DNA from: Negaprion brevirostris | Taxonomy: Eukaryota | DNA length: 64,000 nucleotides | Assembly (NCBI GenBank): GCA_030324005.1 | Contig: JARDVH010000084.1 | Coordinates: forward strand, 38,597,800 to 38,661,799 | Direction of reading: 5' to 3' | Part shown: positions 38,561-51,730 of the stretch, piece by piece | How the letters are laid out: each line of letters opens with the position of its first letter | Position numbering within the stretch: the stretch's first letter is position 1 | The notes under the pieces: model-generated | What the model saw: only the letters and a program-made list of their open reading frames with translations | What the model was told of the DNA's origin: nothing | The model's database searches: none | Translations under genes and position numbers: made by a program

Positions 38561-38859
38561 TGGGGCTGCATGGTGGCACAGTCATTAGTACAGCTGTGTC
38601 TCACAGCACCAGGTACCCCGATTTGTTTCCTGGCTCGGTCACTGTCTGTCCACATGTTCTTCCCTTGTCTGAATGGGATTCCGCTGGTTTCATCCCACAG
38701 TCTAAAAGGCCTGCTGGTTAGGTGCATAGGCCATGCTAAAATTCTCCTTCAATGTACCCGAAGAGGCACCAGAGTATGGCAAGCAGGGGATTTTCACAGT
38801 AACTTCGTTGTAGTGTTAATGTAAGCCTACTTGTGAAACTAATAAATAAACTAAACTAA
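38561..38859 (+). mobile_element. V-SINE with alternative 3' tail
   Basis: Same head and tail type as 37948-38330. Confidence 0.8.
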
Positions 38860-39927
38860 CTTTGATTCTTCTGCCTCTTGCTAACATTAAGTATAAAGAT
38901 TTAACATCAAGGCTTCTTTTTCCTTCTCTCTGGTAAATGTATTTTATGAGACCAGCATCATTTATTTTAAAAATAATAGTGCACAGTATTTGCATTATGT
39001 GAAATGAAGTAATATTCCTGGACAATTCTGACAATTTAGAAAAAGTGCTAGAAAATAGCAGCAAAATTATTATTGAACATGTTTATGTTGATTCTCAATA
39101 AGAATATGGGCGATCTCTTATGTTATATAGGTCTGCAATGGTACTTTGCTCAGTTTACTTTATGACAATATTGATTGGATTGCTAGGAAGCAATACTGGA
39201 TAGAGTGTGCCCCAAGAGAGGAAGAGATAATTGGCAGACAGGTTATACTAGGTTATCTGTAAGTTCATCCGCAGCTTGTCTTATACTTTGTTAGTTGTAG
39301 GCTTGGGAAATGACACCTGACAAGAGAAGGAGCAACAACAATGAGGAAGAAAAATACGTTTACCAGAGAGAAGAAAAAAGGATATTTTGATGTTAAATCT
39401 TTATACTAAATGTTAGGAAGAGGCGGAAGAATCAAAGTTGTGGAGACATGTGCCAGAATTTTACCACCTCATCCACCCTAGGCTCATAAGATCCCACCCG
39501 AGGCCAGTGGAGAATGCCATTTGTGAGCGTCGCCTGCCCCGATTCTGGGATGGGCATGCTGATAAAATTCCAGCCATGGTCAACATTCAAGCATCATTTG
39601 CAATAATGCCATGTTAAAGAAAATGTAGGATGGGGTGAAATGGCTTCTTAACAAAAAGTATATCAATGCCAAATAACTACGGAAATTATAGCTTTCAAAC
39701 TCACAGTTGCTTGTAATTTTATTCTACTGCCTCCCTCACTCAGCACATACAAATAACAAGTAAGTTCAACCTCCCAAAGATTTACTTTAAATATAAGTAT
39801 TTTTCTCTAATTTTCCATTGTCAGAATTAAATATTGTGAACTGATGGAAAACTGCAAACATGTTTGTTACTAAGTTTATTGGTATCATAATTGTTACAAT
39901 TTTAACACAGAAATGAGAAAATAAGAA

Positions 39928-39999
39928 TGTCAGTGCTTTTCCTGTCATGTTACCTGTACAAATATTTCTATAGATAACATGACAGTAAAAGCATTGGCA
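39928..39999. repeat. 72-bp near-perfect palindrome / hairpin
   Basis: 36-bp arms (39928-39963 and 39964-39999), 30 of 36 positions Watson-Crick complementary, no spacer. Confidence 0.85.
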
Positions 40000-40679
40000 C
40001 AATATTGAAAAGGAAGTTTGTACCCAACTTTCAGTATACAGAATTATTGACCACAGCTGAGACACCACAGAATGTATATAACTATCGTTGTTTTCTCCTG
40101 AGAGAGATAGAGAAAAGCTGGAAGTAATAATCCCAGGCAACTTTCACACCCTGTCTAGAAATCAGTTCAAGAGCTATATAGGTGGAAACCTAGAAAAATA
40201 CATTGGCAAATCCTGTCAATCAAAATAAAAGCTGAACATGGTGGAAATACAGTCAATCAATAATATCAATAATAAGAAGAAAAAATAAAAATGATTAATT
40301 TTCACAATGGGTATTTTTTCTTAGCCAGAATTCTGGTACAAAAATAGTGTTCATGGCAAAATAGGCGTTTTTGTGTATTTTCATGAACGTATTTTAGATT
40401 TAGATACTTAAACAAAGCACACAGGTTGTATACTGAATTAGTGTTATGAACTAGAATGTATTTTGGTGGTAGTTACACATTTAAGACATCCAATTACATG
40501 TAAATAATACTTCTTTCAATTTAAAATTTTAATATTTGGGATAAAATACAAGGCAAATCATTCATCAATTTTTAAAACAAATAACTTGGTTTCTAATTTA
40601 CGAACTTTTTATTTACAGGTTAACATTCATATAAGCAAAATTTAACCAAAGGTCAGAAGTCAATGAATTACATGCCCAT

Positions 40680-40970
40680 ACACAAAGTGTCTAATTTGGA
40701 CAACAATACAGAAAAACGACATATTGCGCTGTCAAAGCCAGACATTAACTGCTTTGGACAAGTGTGAGATTTTTGAAAAAAAATCTGCTGGGAAATGTGA
40801 TTTTCAATGCCCTGGCTGTGAATAGGTCATCCTTAAAAAGCCTGAATGTCCCAGTCAAATGCCTGAAGCACTAAAACTCAGCCTAATCCCTTATGCCATT
40901 CTGCATATTAATGGAACATTGTCATAACACATCAAGCTGTTTGATCATCAGAAAAGTCTGCGTCACTAAT
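40680..40970. promoter_or_regulatory. Candidate distal FoxE3 (lens placode) enhancer
   Basis: Non-repetitive cluster: AACAAT 40702, CTGTCA 40729, CAGAC 40739, TGGGAA 40789, TAATCC 40884, CATTGT 40917, TGTTTGAT 40938. Motif inspection only. Confidence 0.4.
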
Positions 40971-41654
40971 TCCTCTGATGAAACGGAAGACAAATGCTGA
41001 GTAAACACTTAGAAACCATTCACTGTGCTGTTCTCATGGCGATGAGAAAGTCCAAGCCTTTCTTGCAGTCCCAGAGCTGTTCAACCTAATAAACTACAGC
41101 CCATGTACTGTGAAAACAGCGTCCTGTGAATGATAAAAACATGGATTATTCCCATTTCACTTACTCGGTTNNNNNNNNNNNNNNNNNNNNNNNNNNNNNN
41201 NNNNNNNNNNNNNNNNNNNNNNNNNNNNNNNNNNNNNNNNNNNNNNNNNNNNNNNNNNNNNNNNNNNNNNTAAAAACATTGATTATTCCCATTTCACTTA
41301 CTCTGTTGTGCTTTGAATTCAGTCAGCTTGACGCACAGGCACCTAACTTGGTATTTGGAAAATATGGCAGAGACTAATTCAATTTTGTACTGATTCTTTT
41401 TATGGTTAATAAACAAATGTTCTGAATACTTGCTTTGTTATCCATGGCTTAAAATTAAAAATACAATTGATTCAAGGTATATACTTGGTAAGTGAATAAT
41501 TGTTTGTGAGCAAGAGAAAAACTCTGTGCACATTTTACATACTCTTCTTACTATTTATAAGTAGAAACCCCAGCTCTTCATTTTAATCTCTTGTTGACCT
41601 TTGCCTCAGCATGCCTGCGGGGCTTAATCTTGCCATTCTTCTCCCTATCTTTTT

Positions 41655-41990
41655 TTTATTCATTCATGGCTTATGGGCAGCCCTGGCTGGCCAGCATTTA
41701 TTGCCGATTCCTAGTTGCTCAGGGCAGTTAAGAATCAAGCACATTGCTTAGGCTTTGAAGTCACATGTAGGCCAGACCAGGAAAGGATGGCAGATTTCCT
41801 TCCCTAATGGACATTAATGAACCAGATAGGTTTTTCCAACAATTGACAGTAGTTTCATGGTCATCAGTAGATTCTTAATTCCAGGTACTTTTTGTTGAAT
41901 TCAAATTCCATCATCTGCCATGATGGGATTCGAACTTGGGTCCCCAGAACATTAGCTGAACATCTGGATTAATAGTCTAGCACTAGGACA
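41655..41990 (-). mobile_element. Second tRNA-derived SINE family, reverse copy
   Basis: Reverse complement of 37048-37385. Confidence 0.75.
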
Positions 41991-41999
41991 TCATATTCC

Positions 42000-44900
42000 A
42001 ATTCATCTCTCCTAGTGCTAACTCTGTGGACAATGCAGACAGGTCAGCTGTCACCATTTCTCTTTATATCTCCTTCCAGAATCTCTGTTCACTTGTGGCA
42101 AGGTCATTGCCAACCGTGAGCTTACTTTGGGTGATTGCTTCACCATCATGGACTTGATGAAACCTGGACAGGGGTGGTGATGACACTTTCTCCTCAATTA
42201 GATCCCTCTGCCTGGCAGTGCCGTACCCAGCCAAGCTCATTGTGGTGGACCAATGTGGTTCCTGTCACCAAATAATATCTTGTCTTATTTCAGTAATCCT
42301 CTGGCATTTTCTCCTTCTTTGAGCATCTCACCTGTGCAACTCTTCTCACCTCTCATTTAAAATCTTCATTCATTACTCCCACACTGAAGTACCGTAACAA
42401 TTTTCTGCCTACTTCACTGCTTTCCTTCCTCAGCCTACGAACCAAGTGGCTTTCATCTTAGGTGCTTTCAGCCTCCATCAGAACTCATCATGCCATCTCC
42501 AAGTTCACTGCCCTCTTATCCTTCTTTAACTTTACCTTCCGCATAAATGCCCAACACATATTCACAGACAACACCTTGGCCTTGACTTCTCATGTGGCCT
42601 TGCTACGCCTATTGTATCAGGTATACATAAGGCTTTCTATCACTCGTTGTGATATTGTTCACCCACATTCCCCTCACCATCCCAACCCAACCTCTTTCTG
42701 TATCCACCTCAGGCAAAATGCTTTGCAATTCACTTATAACAGCACAATTTCAACAAGCTAACCTTTAGTTTGCTCAACCAGACCTATATGTTTGATGCCC
42801 TAGTCCCCAGTTAAACTATTCTCCCTCACACTGGCCCAGTATAGCTTCTCTGCTCTATTTAGTCAAGGGGATGCAGGCTTGAATGGATATAATGGATAAC
42901 TGGTTGAGCAATTCAGTGTCAGGTCAGGCTGGAACTCATAAATCGCTTTCAAATCCTGCTCCCATCTACTAAAATACTCACTATTCCAGAACCTCCATGG
43001 AAAGATAGCCACTTCTCTTATGTTTCTCTCCTCTGTCTCCACTGCCCTCCAACATGACGTGTGACAAATTCACATTTATTTGTCACATTGAAACCACCTG
43101 ATCACAGGATAGTCAGTAACTGCACCTAGAGAGCTGGGCACTGATGAGGCAGAGAAGGGATTCTGAGGATGCCTCAAAATGAAGACATCTCAATTGCCTG
43201 CAGAACAGTTAGCAAATGGTAAGGCCCAAAGCAGGATGGAGGAGAAACCCCTGTGCAGGTATCTTTGCAGACACAGTTACAGCTTTCATTCTTGTCAACC
43301 TGTCAGCCCCAGCCTGCTGCCAGGAAGCCGCCTCTAATGAGCAAGAGGCTTTGCAATCATTTGGGGGTTCCCTTTAGCTTTGTGCTTATCCATTAATGCC
43401 TTTCCTGAGTTCATCTCACCCATGAACCATTTGTGTTCTCTCAAACCTATTCCCACAAAACTGCGCCATTCTTGGCCTCAANNNNNNNNNNNNNNNNNNN
43501 NNNNNNNNNNNNNNNNNNNNNNNNNNNNNNNNNNNNNNNNNNNNNNNNNNNNNNNNNNNNNNNNNNNNNNNNNNNNNNNNNNNNNNNNNNNNNNNNNNNN
43601 NNNNNNNNNNNNNNNNNNNNNNNNNNNNNNNNNNNNNNNNNNNNNNNNNNNNNNNNNNNNNNNNNNNNNNNNNNNNNNNNNNNNNNNNNNNNNNNNNNNN
43701 NNNNNNNNNNNNNNNNNNNNNNNNNNNNNNNNNNNNNNNNNNNNNNNNNNNNNNNNNNNNNNNNNNNNNNNNNNNNNNNNNNNNNNNNNNNNNNNNNNNN
43801 NNAGATCTGTGGATAGGTTTATGGATGAAAAGGGATTGGTTTAGATTAGTGGGTCAGTGTTTTTTTTTAAAAAGCTGGTTGGCGCAACATCGTGGGCCGA
43901 AGGGCCTGTTCTGCGCTGTAATGTTCTATGTTCTATGTTCTATGTGACATTATCGGAGATGGCAAGTTTCAAGTGTGTACTGACAATTCATCTCTACCTC
44001 TCCACCACCTCTCAACCCAGTCACTGTCTCTGTGCTGTTAACTTGTTTGTCTAACATATGATCCTGGATCAACCTCAAGTTCCGCCATTCAAACAATGGG
44101 AGGACAAAACCCATTGTCTGCGGATTTCATCAAAAATTCCATACTTTTCGGTGATTCCATCTCCTCTTCCTACTTACAATCTCAGGTTGAAACTAACCAT
44201 TCAATATCAACATCCTGTTTTACCCCAAAATGAGATTCTAACACCATCTCCTCCATTATGAAGGCTGCATTTTTCCACCTTTATAACATCACCTATGTCT
44301 GCCCATGCCACAGCTCAGCTATTAATGAAATTCTTACCTATGCGCTTTGTATGTCTGTACCCAATTGTTCCAGTGCTCTCCTGGCTATTCTCTCATCTGT
44401 CACCCTCTAAATTTCAGTTTATCTGGAAATTAGCTGCTTCCCACCCATCCCAGCTGAAGTTTCACTCACTCATCACCAGTTTGCCTACTGGCCTATATTG
44501 GTTCCTGGTCCCCTGTATATAAGCCACTTGGTGAAGGGTAGTACTGAGGCCAATCATTTATCAGTCTTGCACTTATTTTTGCAGAGTTAAACATTGCATG
44601 AAGGAACTGAAAGGGTAGAAGCTAGAGGACATTTCTTCATATGCAAGACACTAGAACTTGGAGCCCATGGGCTAAAAATAAGATAGAGATGCAGAGATTT
44701 ATTTTTCTTTTAGAGGTCATTAGTCTGTCGAACAGTCTGTAGAACTCTGTTCCTTAAACAGCAATGGAGGCAGGGTCACTGAAACCTTTTAAGGTTGATT
44801 TAGATAGATTCTTGACTTGCAAGAGAGTCAAAGGGGATAAGCAGGAAAGTACAACTAAAAGTAGAGGCCACAATCAGATCTGCCATGATCTTACCAAATG

Positions 44901-45780
44901 TGGAGCAGGCTCGAACGCCTGAGTGGCCTACTCTATTCCTAATGCCTACACTCATATGCTTGCATACAAACATACATCTCTGAACTCAATAGTTTCATTA
45001 AGTGTATCTTTTCATAAAATTCTACTGTGCAGAAGGAGGCCATTCGGCTCATCGAGTCTGCATCGGCCACAATCCCATCCAGGCCCTTTCCCCATAATGT
45101 CACGCATTTACCCAGCTAGTTCCTCTGAAAATAAGAGGCTATTTAGGATGGCCAATCCACCTAACCTGCACACCACATCTTTGGATTGTGGGAGGAAACC
45201 AGAGCACCCAAGGAAACCCACACAGACAAGGGAGAATGTGCAAACTCCACACAGATGGTGACCCAAGCCAGGAATCGAACCCAGGTCCCAGGTGCTGTGA
45301 GGCAGCAGTGCTAACCACTATGTCACCGTGCAGCCCATGGATGAAACAAATTAGATTGTCTCTTTATATGTGCTCAAGTGAAACTTTAATTATAAGCTCA
45401 ATTAAGCATATTTGATATGTAATTAATGCCTTGCCCCCCTCAAGTTTAAAATTGCCTTCCTTATGTTTGAATCCTTCCCTAGAGAGGGGTGAGACTATCT
45501 TTATAACCTCCTTCAGCCTTACAACCCTCAGATCTCTGTGTTCCTCTGATTCTGAACTCTTGTAACTCTCCCATGTATTGGCAATATTCAGCTACCTACA
45601 AATTCATTTTCTAAAACTGGCAATGTTTTCACCTCCCCCTCTTCCCTTAAACCTTTCTTAAAACCTACCATTTTTGTCAAAGTTTTTAATCTTCTCTCCT
45701 AATATTTCTTTAGGCTCAGTGTCAGTTTTTGTCTAATTTGCTTCTTTGAAGAGTTACAATTCGAGTTGTTGTTGACAATA
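42000..45780 (+). mobile_element. Very degenerate L2 LINE remnant interrupted by CR1 fragments, a gap and an HE1 SINE
   Basis: 44265-44430 reads like the L2 ORF2 C-terminal AFFHLYNI...NCSSALLAIL motif and continues at about 45430-45760. CR1 tails lie at about 43803-43945 and 44520-44945. Confidence 0.5.
45015..45335 (-). mobile_element. HE1-like SINE
   Basis: Full reverse copy, including the tRNA-like head (ggaatcgaacccaggtcc...gctaaccact). Confidence 0.85.
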
Positions 45781-47092
45781 CTTTCAACATATTATCAAAT
45801 AACATATTCTACTCTTCATTGTATAAATATGTAGACAATTTTATCACCACTATATATGACCTTACATTTCTGAATACTAAATGCACCTCAGTCGTTTTCT
45901 ATCATTGGAGAACTTTGCTTTATTTTATCTTTCTCTTCAAAATACTTTACTTTCCTAACCAGTTTGGTGTCAGCAGCACAAAGAAATCCATTTTGTATGA
46001 TCATTAAAAAAATTACAGTCAGCCCAGGTCTCAGTACAATCTCTACATTGCCAGTTCAGGCCAGTTACAACAATTATCACCAATATAATTTGCTGTCAAC
46101 CTGATCAATTCAGTCTTCTAAAGATCTTGCCATTTTTCTATTTGTCATCCAAACGTAAATCAATTAAAACTACAGAATGTTGAATCCAACAATTGTTCAT
46201 CATTTACCATTCTTCTTTCTTGGCAAGACACTTTCTTGTTCCCATTCAGGAACCATACTGTTCCACATAGTATTTGATCTTCTCTACAGGTGATTATACT
46301 TGCATTATCATTGAATCATTGTGCTATGCCAGCCAAAAAAACTCTAATTTTCCAGTCACTCCATGGGCATCCCTTAATGATGGGATCATGACATCTGCCT
46401 GGGTGGTGCCTTTTAGAGGCTGCTTGCTAGAGATAGACCAGAGGATTGGAGGCAGAATTTCAGGGTGCTTTTGAGGCCTCTTGATTACTTGGCCACAGCT
46501 CTGGCCATAGGTTATTCTGTGGAAGGGTTCCCCTTCATGAAGGCAGCTGTGGCCATTTTATTTCAAATGATTTAAAAGTGCAGAGGGCACCTCAAGATGG
46601 AGGTACCTTCTTGTTCCTTTACATGCAATGGCGGGCTGCAGTTCCTTGTGTGCCGGAGGACCTCCTATTGGCCCTCCAGTGTTGAGAACCTACCAACATC
46701 CTTAATGTCCCTGTCCAGTAATTGGCCAATCTAGCCAACGTCCACATTTGGTCTCTGTTCCCTACATTGTGTGAGGTTGAGAGATGCATTTAAGCCTGGC
46801 ATCAGTTCCAGACCCAAAACACAAAATCCCACACCTCGATTAAACCTTCTCTTAGCCTCCATTCTTCCAAAGCAAACAATCCCAGCTATCCAATCTTACC
46901 TTAGAGCTAAAAATTTCCAAAACTGCAACATCTCCTTAAACCTCCCCTGTACTCTCCCTAGTGTAATCTCAATGCAATAACCAGTATTGTCTGCAATTGT
47001 CTAGCTATGGACTAACTCGTACTTTATATAGTTTTACTGTGATCTCCCTATATTAAATTCTGTCCTTTCACTAATAAAGAAGAATATCCTAG

Positions 47093-47417
47093 AGTCATAG
47101 AAACCCTACAGTGCAGAAGGAAGCTATCTGGCCCTTTGAGTCTGAACGACAGCAATCCCAACCAGGCCCTATCCCTATAAAACCACATATTTGCCCTGCT
47201 AATCCCTCTAATCTATGCATCCTGGGACACTAAGGGGCAATTTAGTATGGCCAATCCACCTAACCTGCACATCTTTGGACTGTGGGAGGAAACTGGAGCA
47301 TCTGGAGGAAGCCCACGCAGACAGGGGAGAATGTGCAAACTCCACACAGACAGTGGCCAGGAATCAAACCCAGGTTGCTGGCCTTGTGAGGCAGCATTGC
47401 TAACCACTGTGCCACCC
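47093..47417 (-). mobile_element. HE1-like SINE
   Basis: Full reverse copy. Confidence 0.85.
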
Positions 47418-48129
47418 AACCTGTTTGTCCACTTTACCACATTATTAATCTGTAAATAGCAAATAGCATGGAGGCTAGCATGCAGCTTTGCTTGACCCTA
47501 TTCCAGATTTGAAGGTATCTGATTCAAATCTCCCAGTCAGAACAATTGGAGTTGTTTCATCATGAAGTAATTGCAGGATCTGATGATGTTTCTTGGACAT
47601 CCAAATCTTTGGGATGCATTTCATTGAGCCTCACAATTTACCGAGTCAAATGATTTGGTCAGGTTGATGAATGCAATAAAGAGTTTCTGGTTTGGTTCTT
47701 GACATTCTTTGTGGGTTTGTCTGGCAAAAAAGACCATGTTGGAGGTTGTTCAGGAAGGTCTAAAGCTTTGCATGACATGATGATCAGCACATTGTTGGAT
47801 TTCACAGGCTTTCTTCTTATCTTCTGGATCTGTCATTGGATGTCAGCCTTGAGTTATTGGGATGTTGCCTCTGGAGCTGTTCGAATGCTACCTTTTGCGT
47901 TGTGACTTTCTCTGCCAGGTAAAAAGCTGCTTGTTATTGTTCTAGAGGGTCACATACTTCTGCATCATTTTCATCAAACCAGCCCTGGTGATCAACTGGA
48001 CACAGGGGTCTGGTACAGGTAACTTTATTTGATCATACTTTTGTGAGATTGAGTTGAATCAAAGATCAACTTCCCACGAGTACCAATATTAAATATATCT
48101 AGAATGAACATTTTTCAACCTCTTTCAAG

Positions 48130-48900
48130 CCAAAATTAAATTGACCACCATAGATATATGTGGTCTATAGTTTGCAGATGATTGTGGTGTCATTGACCAC
48201 TCTACGCCAGATCTTTAAGCTATTCTCTTCAATTCTGTTTACAAGAAACTCAGCTTGTCCAAGATTGTTGCCAAAGCATAACTCACATCAACCTATACCT
48301 GGTTAGTTAAATATTTCACCACCCAGATATGTTGACGGAGAGACTCTGGAATATAGAGCACTTTGCAACTATCAGCACCCACCTCTCTCAAAAGTCTTCT
48401 ATTTAATGAAGAGACTCAGCACAGGGTCACTTGCATTGGTTTGGCCCTCAACAAACTATATGAGATAACAAAATCCTCCACAAGCCAACAAAAATCCTAG
48501 CATATAGTTGGCATCATTATACTTCTATGTTCCAATGAGACCTGGACTGTCAGCCACATGCAAGATCCCTAAAGAAACTCCATCAACAATGTCTCCACTG
48601 CGTCCTTTGAATTCAAAGAGAGGACTATTGAACAAATGCTTGAAATATCTCCCTGAACATTCAGGCAAAACGCCTACAAAATCAACTTTGATGATTGTTG
48701 ACTGTCTGGATGATCAAAAACTACCTAATCACTATCTCTCAAATGGCTAATGTTCCAGAGGGGGATAAACAGAATTCTTCAAAGACATAATGAAACTTTC
48801 CTTGAAACAAGGCATCATTGGCCTGGGAGAAACTTACTGCCAATCATTCAGAATGGTGACAACTTGTCCATGAAGCTGCATCATGTTTCGTAACCTAATG
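48130..48900 (+). mobile_element. Degenerate RTE-clade LINE fragment
   Basis: FADDC motif at about 48171 (tttgcagatgattgt) and a SRGG..FFKD-like C-terminal motif at about 48753-48786. Confidence 0.5.
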
Positions 48901-49329
48901 TCTTAATGATGAAGCAGTGTTGCAGCAGAGAAGTAAAGTAAAGAAAGTAAATCCTACATTTCATTGCCCCATGCATTTAAAAGAACTGTGGTTCAAGAAA
49001 TGGCCTGTTAAGTCACATGGAAACCAATGACAGGAACCTGTGACCCTGAGTAGATGCCATTCCCAAATTGAGCGATGGTTGACAATAATGAGTTAACTGT
49101 CCTAACTTCATGGATCTGTGGACATGCATTCAAAGGTCCCTCTGGTCCTCTACCCTTTCCAGTATCCTAGCATCTATTTCTTTGTCTTATTTATCCTTCC
49201 CAATTGCACAACCTCATACTTCTTGATTATATTCCTTAATCTTCACCAGATAGTCATCCAACATTTTTAGATGAATTAAGTAACACACCATTTACTGACA
49301 GTGAAGTTTGTCTTTTCCTCCCCCTTCTT

Positions 49330-50520
49330 TCTTTTATTCACTTAAGGGATGTGGGTGTCACAGGCTAGACTAACACTTATTACCCATCCCTAGTTGTTCT
49401 TGAGAAGGTGATGGTGCACTGTCTCCTTGAACTGTTGCTGTCCATGTGGTGTTGATACACCCAAAGTACTGTTGGGCAACACGGAAGCAATAGCGATCCA
49501 TTTCCAAGCCAGAATTGGGAGTTACTTCGAGAGGAGCCATCAGGTGGTGATGTTCCAGTCATCTGCTAGCCTGGTTCCCCTAGATGGTGGTAGGTTTGGA
49601 AGATGTTGTCTAAGGAGTGTTGATGAGTTCTTGCAGTGCTTCTTGTAGATGTACACTCTGCTGCTACTGTGCACCAACAGTGAAGGGAGTGAGTGTTTGT
49701 GGTGCTAATGGGTGCTTTGTCCTGGATGGTGTCAAGCTTCTTGAGTGTTGATGGAGCTGCAGTCGACCAGGCCAGTGGGGAATATTCCATTACACATTAA
49801 CTTATGTCTTGTAGATTGTGGACAGATTTTGGGGAGTCAGGAGGTGAATTAGTCACCAAAGGATTCCTAGCCTTTGACCTACTCTTGTAGCCAGAGTATT
49901 TTTTAATGGTTAATCCAGTTCAAATTCTGTCAACGGTAACCCACATAATGTTGATTCTGTGATGGTAATAGTCAAGGGGCTATGGTTAGATTCTCTCTTG
50001 TTGGAGATGGTCATTGCCTGGCACTTGTGTAGTCTGAATGTTACTGCCACTTGTCAGCCCACACCTGGACATTGTCCAGGTCTTGCTGCATTTGGACATG
50101 TACTGTTTCAATATCTGAGGAATCATGAATGGTGCTGAACATTTTGAAATCATTAGCAAACATCCCCACTTTTGACCTTATGATGGGAGGAAAATCATTG
50201 ATGAAGCAGCTGAAACTAATTGGGCCGAATACACTAGCCTGTGAACTCCTGCAGTGATGTCCTTGGGCTGAGATGGCTGACCTCCAAGAACCACAGCCGT
50301 CTTGCTTTGTACTAGGTATGACTCCAACCTGCAGACAGCTTTCACCGTGATTCTCCTCAACGCCACACTCGGTCAAATGCAGCCTCATATCAAGTGCAAT
50401 CACTTTCACCTCACCTCTGAAATTCAGCACGTTTGTCCATGCTTGAACCAAGGCTGTAATGAAGTCAGGAGCTGAATGACCTGGTGAAAATCAAACTGAG
50501 CTTTCAGTGAGCAAGTCCAG
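49330..50520 (-). mobile_element. CR1/L2-superfamily LINE, 5'-truncated
   Basis: GEVKVIALD, GPISFSCFINDFP...GMFAND, MQQDLDNVQVWADKWQ and EYSPLAW...LDTIQDKA motifs. Its 3' end also occurs at about 29405-29520. Confidence 0.8.
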
Positions 50521-50811
50521 TGCTGTTACAATCCACATGGGACATAATGGAAATGCTAAAAGTTGAAACAAATATGAACGATTTTGATTCATGATTATCA
50601 TTCTGATGCTGGAAAGCTGGCAGGTATCAGTCATGAAGGGTAGGGTAGGAAAAGGTCTTGCCTTACTAAATATCCACTGTCAATGCAGCAAAGAATAAAG
50701 TCATTTTCATGTCAAGCTTCTTTACAGTTATAACACACTCAAATACAAGTGCAGCCTATTGCAGAACCAATTTTTAAAAGGTTTGATTACTTCTGAGCTT
50801 ATTAAATTTAA

Positions 50812-51137
50812 TGACACAGTGACACAGTAATTAGCACTGCTGCCTCAAAACTCCAGGGACCCAGGTTCAATTCTGGCCTTGGGTGACTGTCTGTGTGGAG
50901 TTTGCACATTCTCCCCATGTCTGCATGGGTTTCCTCCAGGTGCTCCGGTTTCCTTCCACACTCCAAAGATGTGCGGGTTAGGTTGATTGACTATGCTAAA
51001 TTGTCCCTTAGTGTCAAAGGACCAGGAGAGTAAATACTTGGGGTTCTCGGGATAGGGTGGAGGGGCAGGATTGTTGTTGGCTCTGGCTTGATGGGCCGAA
51101 TAGCCTCCTCCTGCGCTGTAGAGATTCTATGACTCTA
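50812..51137 (+). mobile_element. HE1-like SINE
   Basis: Full head, V-domain and tail. Confidence 0.85.
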
Positions 51138-51563
51138 ATTATAATTTTAATAAGCCTACAGCAAGATGGGAGCAAAATCATTACTTATTAATTTATGGTA
51201 CAAAATATGATGGGGCCATTGCTGATGTAACCTAATGTTAAGATTTGGGAATACTTTGGGCTGCAAAAATGATCCAGATGGATTACTAGGCAGTCAATGT
51301 AGAGGGCAAATCTCCTCAGAACTGGAGGTGCAGCCATTCCATCTAGCTGAGTGAAATTAGCTAGGTTCTGTACTCCAAATGATCAATCCTCCCACATGAA
51401 CTCATTTGGCTTGCTTCACATAAACTTCAGTTGAAGCATAGAATCAGAACTTAACAAAATAAGGTGCTGTCTCAAACCCAGCTTTGAAGACGCGATTTCA
51501 ATAACACTCCAGGTTAAAAATCTGATCAGAAAGCAGGTATTCGGGCTAACAACAGAGTTACAT

Positions 51564-51730
51564 CGGGGTGGAATTTTCCTGACTGCCACAGGAATCATAG
51601 TGGCAGGATGGAAAATTCAGCAGACTGTGCAAAGGTCCGTTGATCTCGGGTGGGAATTTCTGGTCTTGGGCGAGTGCAGCTGGAAAATCCCATGTACACT
51701 ACAGCCACTCACTGGAAATATTCCAGCCAT
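51564..51730. mobile_element. Short MITE with GG(G)YRGAATTTT-type inverted termini (Harbinger-like); relatives at about 20069-20194, 37645-37755, 39451-39575, 52148-52275 and 56455-56640
   Basis: Imperfect terminal inverted repeats (ggggtggaattttcc ... ggaaatattccagcc) and shared internal blocks. Confidence 0.55.

Larger units (their letters stand above)
37852..39674. mobile_element. Old foldback/DNA element with long (about 175 bp) inverted arms, interrupted by SINEs and a MITE
   Basis: Left arm 37852-37943 + 38860-38945 is the imperfect reverse complement of right arm 39351-39450 + 39576-39674. Confidence 0.7.

Noticed and set aside
46208-46283. Next CA exon after PME
   Set aside because: Phase-compatible, but the acceptor is weak and the peptide (RRSNTMWNSMVPEWEQ...) lacks the expected xHxVH motif.
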